A stretch of 64,000 nt of DNA, taken from an uncultured Gemmatimonadaceae bacterium (GTDB lineage Bacteria > Gemmatimonadota > Gemmatimonadetes > Gemmatimonadales > Gemmatimonadaceae). Position 1 is the stretch's first letter; every line of letters starts with the position of its first letter. The notes below the pieces were generated by a model. The model searched no databases and had not been told where the DNA came from. It worked only from the letters and a program-made list of their open reading frames with translations. Shown piece by piece: positions 60,243 through 64,000 of the stretch. Position numbers and translations under genes: made by a program. The DNA is taken from NCBI GenBank assembly GCA_963829055.1, contig CAWHHI010000011.1:224001-288000 (forward strand). Direction: 5' to 3'.

Positions 60243-61561
60243 GTGTCACGATTCCCGCAGATACCGCCCCCAGCCCACGCGCGCTTCACCCCGCCTGGCT
60301 CGCGCTCGCCGTCACGTTTCTCGTCCTGCTCGTCTGCTGCCGCCGTTCGCGCGACGCCGAGCGTTCTGTTCCTCCCACTCGAGCAGGAGTTCCACTGGTC
60401 GCGGTCGACCGTCTCGCTCGCCGTTTCGGTCAACATTCTGCTCTACGGTCTCGTCGGCCCGTTCGCCGGCGCGCTCATGCAGCGTCTCGGCGTTAGGCGC
60501 ACGACGCTGATCGCGCTCACGCTGCTCGCGGGCGGCGTCTCGCTCGCGACGCTCGTCAGGCAGCCCTGGCAGCTCGTGCTCGTCTGGGGCGTCGTCGTCG
60601 GCGCCGGCAGCGGAATGGCGGCGCTCGTGCTCGGGGCCACGATCGTCAACCGCTGGTTCGTCGCGCGACGCGGACTGGCCATGGGCATCCTGACGGCGAG
60701 CACCGCGACCGGGCAGCTCATCTTCCTGCCGCTGCTCGCTTCGCTCATCGAGCGACACGGGCTGGCGGTTCGGCGATTCTCATCGTCGCCGCGGCGGCCG
60801 CGCTCATGATCCCGCTCGTGTTCGTCGCTGCTCCGCGAGCGCCCGAGCGATCTCGGCATTGCGCACCGTACGGCGGAACGGTCGACACACGCACCGACGG
60901 CCGCCACGGCGAATCCCGCGCGCGTCGCCATTCAGGCGCTCGCCGACGGCCTGCGGTCGCGCGACTTCTGGCTGCTCACGCTCACGTTCGTGATCTGCGG
61001 CGCGTCGACGAACGGCCTCGTGGGCACGCACCTCATTCCGGCCGCGCACGACCACGGCATTCCCGAGGTTCGCGCGGCAGGCCTGCTCGCGATCATGGGC
61101 GTCTTCGACCTCGCCGGCACCACGGCGTCGGGCTGGCTCTCGGATCGCTGGGACAGCCGGCGGCTGCTCGCCTGGTACTACGGGCTGCGCGGGCTGTCGC
61201 TGCTCTTCCTGCCGTTCGCGCTCGGCGACACCCGGAGGACCGCGCTCTGGGTCTTCGCCGTGTTCTATGGACTCGACTGGATCGCCACCGTGCCGCCGAC
61301 CGTGAAGCTGGCGACGGACGCATTCGGCGCCGCACGCGCGCCGGTCATGTTCGGGTGGATCGCGGCCGGGCATCAGGTCGGCGCGGCGCTCACCGCGCTC
61401 ACCGCTGGCTGGGTTCGCACGACGTTAGGCGACTACCAGGTCGCGTTCTGGGGCTCGGGCACGCTGTGCCTCGTCGCCGCGCTGCTGGCGCTGCAGGTGG
61501 GTCGCGGGTCGCGCGGCGTCGCGCACCGGCGTTAGGCGCCGCCGGCGTTCCCGCGAGCTGA
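60243..61561 (+). CDS. MFS transporter, frameshifted
   Basis: VRATP, RWF..RRGLA.G, ATGQLIFLP, ICGASTNGL.GTH.IP, GWLSDR, ATVPPT. Confidence 0.88.
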
Positions 61562-61582
61562 CCGGCGGAACGATAGAAACGA

Positions 61583-61619
61583 CGAGGGGCCCGCGCTCGT
61601 TACGAGCGCGGGCCCCTCG
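61583..61619. terminator. Terminator hairpin between convergent genes
   Basis: CGAGGGGCCCGCGCTCG-tta-CGAGCGCGGGCCCCTCG, 17-bp stem. Confidence 0.75.
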
Positions 61620-61629
61620 CGCTTCGACG

Positions 61630-62592
61630 CTAGCACGTTGGCGCTAGCGCGCGCGATCCTGCAACGCGTACGCGAGCGAGTCGACGCAGTGCGCGGCGAG
61701 CTCGTTCGAGTCGTACGCGTAGCCGGCGACGTCTTCGCTCCGCCACTGCCAGTCCTCCACGCGCGTCGCGTCTGCGCGGAGCACCGTCTCGCGAAGCGGT
61801 ACCGCGCCCGGGCCACCGCTCGAACCGGCACTTCCCGACATGGCCTTCCCACTCGATGATCATGAGGCGACCCGTCGCCACCGTGTCGGGCCGCGTGCGT
61901 ACCCACGACAGCGTGAGCGCCACGGGCCCCAGCTGCACCGTGCACCGATTCGGCACGCGATGCACTTCGAGCGGCGTCTCGACATCATCGCGATTGACGG
62001 TCGCGACACGCTTCGTCACTTCGGCCGCCAGTCGATCGAACTCCCGGCCCAGGTGCGTGATCGCGCGGTGTGACCCGAGAAACGAGTCACGCTGCTGCGA
62101 GCGACGCGCTGATCGGCGACAGGGATCTCGACCACCACATCCGACGCGGCCTGGCGAGTCGCGCCACCGAGATCCGCGACGGCGCTGACGATCCAGTCGG
62201 CGCATTGATCCGACGTGCACCCAGCGCTCGCGACGGCGATTTGCGGAGCCACGTCGGCGGCGTCGTCCGATCGAGCAGAACGACACGGACCGAGTCCGGC
62301 CCCTTCGCCGTGATGCGGCGTTTGATGGCCGTCCGCATCGTCTTTCGTCGTCGCGTCCTTGCCCCAGAGATGCTGGTGCAGCACCACGACCACGCGCGCG
62401 GTCTTCCCGAACACTGCCGGCGCGCGGCGCGTCGAGCAGCTCGGTCGCCGCGGTGGTCCACACGGGACGCAGCGGCGGAATGCTGGGGAGCCGAAGCGTC
62501 AGCTGTCGCTCGAGCTCGCGCAGCAGGCGGGCATCGTGCTCGACCGACGACACGGCCACGTCGAATGCGAAACTGGATGGCTTGCTGATCAA
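61630..62592 (-). CDS. Hypothetical protein with degenerate TIR-like N-terminal domain, frameshifted
   Basis: Stitched: FDVAVS..EHD....ELER.L, VFGKTARVVVVL....WG, AIKRR, VVLLD..PPTWL. Confidence 0.5.
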   Translation of the reverse strand: MISKPSSFAFDVAVSSVEHDARLLRELERQLTLRLPSIPPLRPVWTTAATELLDAPRAGSVREDRARGRGAAPASLGQGRDDERRCGRPSNAASRRRGRTRSVSFCSIGRRRRRGSANRRRERWVHVGSMRRLDRQRRRGSRWRDSPGRVGCGGRDPCRRSARRSQQRDSFLGSHRAITHLGREFDRLAAEVTKRVATVNRDDVETPLEVHRVPNRCTVQLGPVALTLSWVRTRPDTVATGRLMIIEWEGHVGKCRFERWPGRGTASRDGAPRRRDARGGLAVAERRRRRLRVRLERARRALRRLARVRVAGSRALAPTC

Positions 62593-62598
62593 CGGTCG

Positions 62599-62820
62599 TT
62601 ACCCCTTGTGACGGAACGTGATGCGACCGCGAGTGAGGTCGTACGGCGAGACCTCGACCGTCACGCGGTCGCCGTTCAGGACGCGAATACGGAATCGACG
62701 CATCTTGCCCGCGAGCGTCGCGATGACCGAGTGCCCATTGTCGAGCGACACGCGGAACATGGCGCTCGGGAGCACGTCAGACACGATTCCGTCGAGAGCC
62801 AGTGCTTCTTCCTTCGACAT
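62599..62820 (-). CDS. infA: Translation initiation factor IF-1
   Basis: [22 protein letters not shown]...[21 protein letters not shown]. Confidence 0.97.
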   Translation of the reverse strand: MSKEEALALDGIVSDVLPSAMFRVSLDNGHSVIATLAGKMRRFRIRVLNGDRVTVEVSPYDLTRGRITFRHKG

Positions 62821-62877
62821 GCATGCCCTCCACCAGAGTTGATGCGGGCGCTACGCCGCCTAACGAGCGTGCGGGTC

Positions 62878-63069
62878 CTAACGCGGACGTCCCGACGACC
62901 GCCCTCGACGCCGCGCCGCGGCGGCCTTGAGCTGTCGTGCCTCGCTCGGCTTCACGTAGTGCCGCTTGCGCCGGAGATCCTTCAGGATCCCGGACTTCAG
63001 AACCTTCTTCTTGAACGTCTTGAGCGCCCAGTCCAGCCGGTCGCTCTCATCGAGCTTGACCTCGATCAT
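62878..63069 (-). CDS. rpsU: 30S ribosomal protein S21
   Basis: [32 protein letters not shown]. Confidence 0.92.
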   Translation of the reverse strand: MIEVKLDESDRLDWALKTFKKKVLKSGILKDLRRKRHYVKPSEARQLKAAAARRRGRSSGRPR

Positions 63070-63131
63070 TGCAGCTCCGAGGTGAAATGATCCCGCGACC
63101 GATGTGAGCGCGGGTAGAGAGAGAAGCGAAC

Positions 63132-63169
63132 GGCCGGCTCGGGTACGTCGCGACGTACCCGAGCCGGCC
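63132..63169. repeat. Perfect 38-bp palindrome between csp and rpsU
   Basis: GGCCGGCTCGGGTACGTCG followed directly by CGACGTACCCGAGCCGGCC. Confidence 0.85.
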
Positions 63170-63207
63170 ATACTGCGCCGCGGACAAATGAGCAGCGCTT
63201 CGCGCGG

Positions 63208-63422
63208 TCAGGCGCCGACCTTGTCACGTTCTCGGCGGCCGGTCCCTTCGCGCCCTGCACGACCTCGAACTCAACCCGCTCGCCCTCGGCGAGCGACTTG
63301 AATCCCTTGCCCTGGATTGCCGAGTGGTGCACGAAGCAGTCCTTCTGCCCGTTTTCAGGGGTGATGAAGCCAAACCCCTTGCTGTCGTTGAACCACTTGA
63401 CCGTGCCAGTGATACGAGCCAT
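63208..63422 (-). CDS. Cold-shock protein (1-bp indel near 3' end)
   Basis: [36 protein letters not shown]; adding one base gives ...VTKVGA*. Confidence 0.95.
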
Positions 63423-63645
63423 TCGATACTCCTGAATATGATGTGATCGGAGTACCGGGCATGCCGTACGCACCGAACACGAAATGATCGTGGGGCAACC
63501 CCCGCACGACCGGCGACAGCTCGCGACAACTCCAGTCCCAGAGGGACCGACGACCGCCGCGAAAACACGAAAGGGGCCACCGCGAGAGCGAAGCCCCTGT
63601 GGTCGACGGAGTTGTGCGCGTCATGCACGCTGTTGCCGCACGCAA

Positions 63646-63674
63646 AAACTAGCCATATCGACGAGCCACGTCAA
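63646..63674 (-). promoter_or_regulatory. Sigma70-type promoter for csp, implying a long 5' UTR
   Basis: Minus strand TTGACG (63674-63669), 17 bp, TAGTTT (63651-63646). Confidence 0.6.
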
Positions 63675-63689
63675 CGCGCAAAAACACCC

Positions 63690-64000
63690 GCCATACGCGC
63701 TCGTAGCCGGCACGCGTGATCGACGGACACGTCCAGTCCACGCCGTGTACCGGTCGGCTCGCTGAACCAGCTCCTCGACAGCAGTGCCTCCGGATCGATC
63801 CACCGCGTCTCCGCGACCTCGACTCGGATCCGGGTTCGTCGGCCCGTTCCAGCGGCCGATCAGCACATGATCCAGCTCGTGCTCGACCAGCCCGCCGTCG
63901 AGCTCGGCGAAGTACAGAAACTCCGGTCACCCGAGTCAGCCCACACCCCTCGATCCCCATCTCGTCGAGGAGGCGGCGCCGAGCCGCCTCGCCGACCGAC
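63690..64000 (-). CDS. idi: Isopentenyl-diphosphate isomerase type 1, C-terminal part, frameshifted, end approximate
   Basis: AARRRL.DEMGI, GLVEHELDHVLIG, PDP.EV, YTAW. Confidence 0.75.

Noticed and set aside
63066..63473. 135-aa extended cold-shock protein
   Set aside because: Upstream start and a 1-bp indel inflate a normal Csp of about 70 aa.

Overview
High-GC bacterial DNA. Gene content (BTAD/SARP-TPR regulator, Hanks kinase with TolB-like tail, S9/M14 peptidases, VPS10-repeat and DUF5916 proteins) resembles Gemmatimonadota; this is inference. Positions 1-16.7 kb look like an accessory region next to the 3' end of a tRNA-Asn. It holds a DUF3604-PPIase-HupE/UreJ cluster, a DUF4238 gene, an arsenic operon (arsR-arsM-arsN2-arsC relic-metallophosphoesterase-aquaporin) with two ATCAA-N6-TTGAT-type operators, a decayed kinase, a lipoprotein/BTAD-regulator pair with SARP-like promoter geometry, a dead tyrosine-recombinase relic hit by an IS630 element, and an 889-aa coiled-coil protein. 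The rest is mostly core-like: HAD, NYN RNase, two DUF4142, rsgA, SDR, chrA, peptidases, acyl-CoA dehydrogenase, MFS, L,D-transpeptidase, pgm, ggt, a csp-rpsU-infA-(degenerate TIR) unit and idi. Single-base frameshifts are common, especially after about 26 kb, and also hit housekeeping genes, so most are probably long-read indel errors; many gene boundaries are therefore approximate. The most striking unexplained signal is the non-palindromic word (C)GTTAGGC/GCCTAAC(G), counted by eye at least 52 times across coding and intergenic DNA. Several families of long intergenic inverted repeats are also present.
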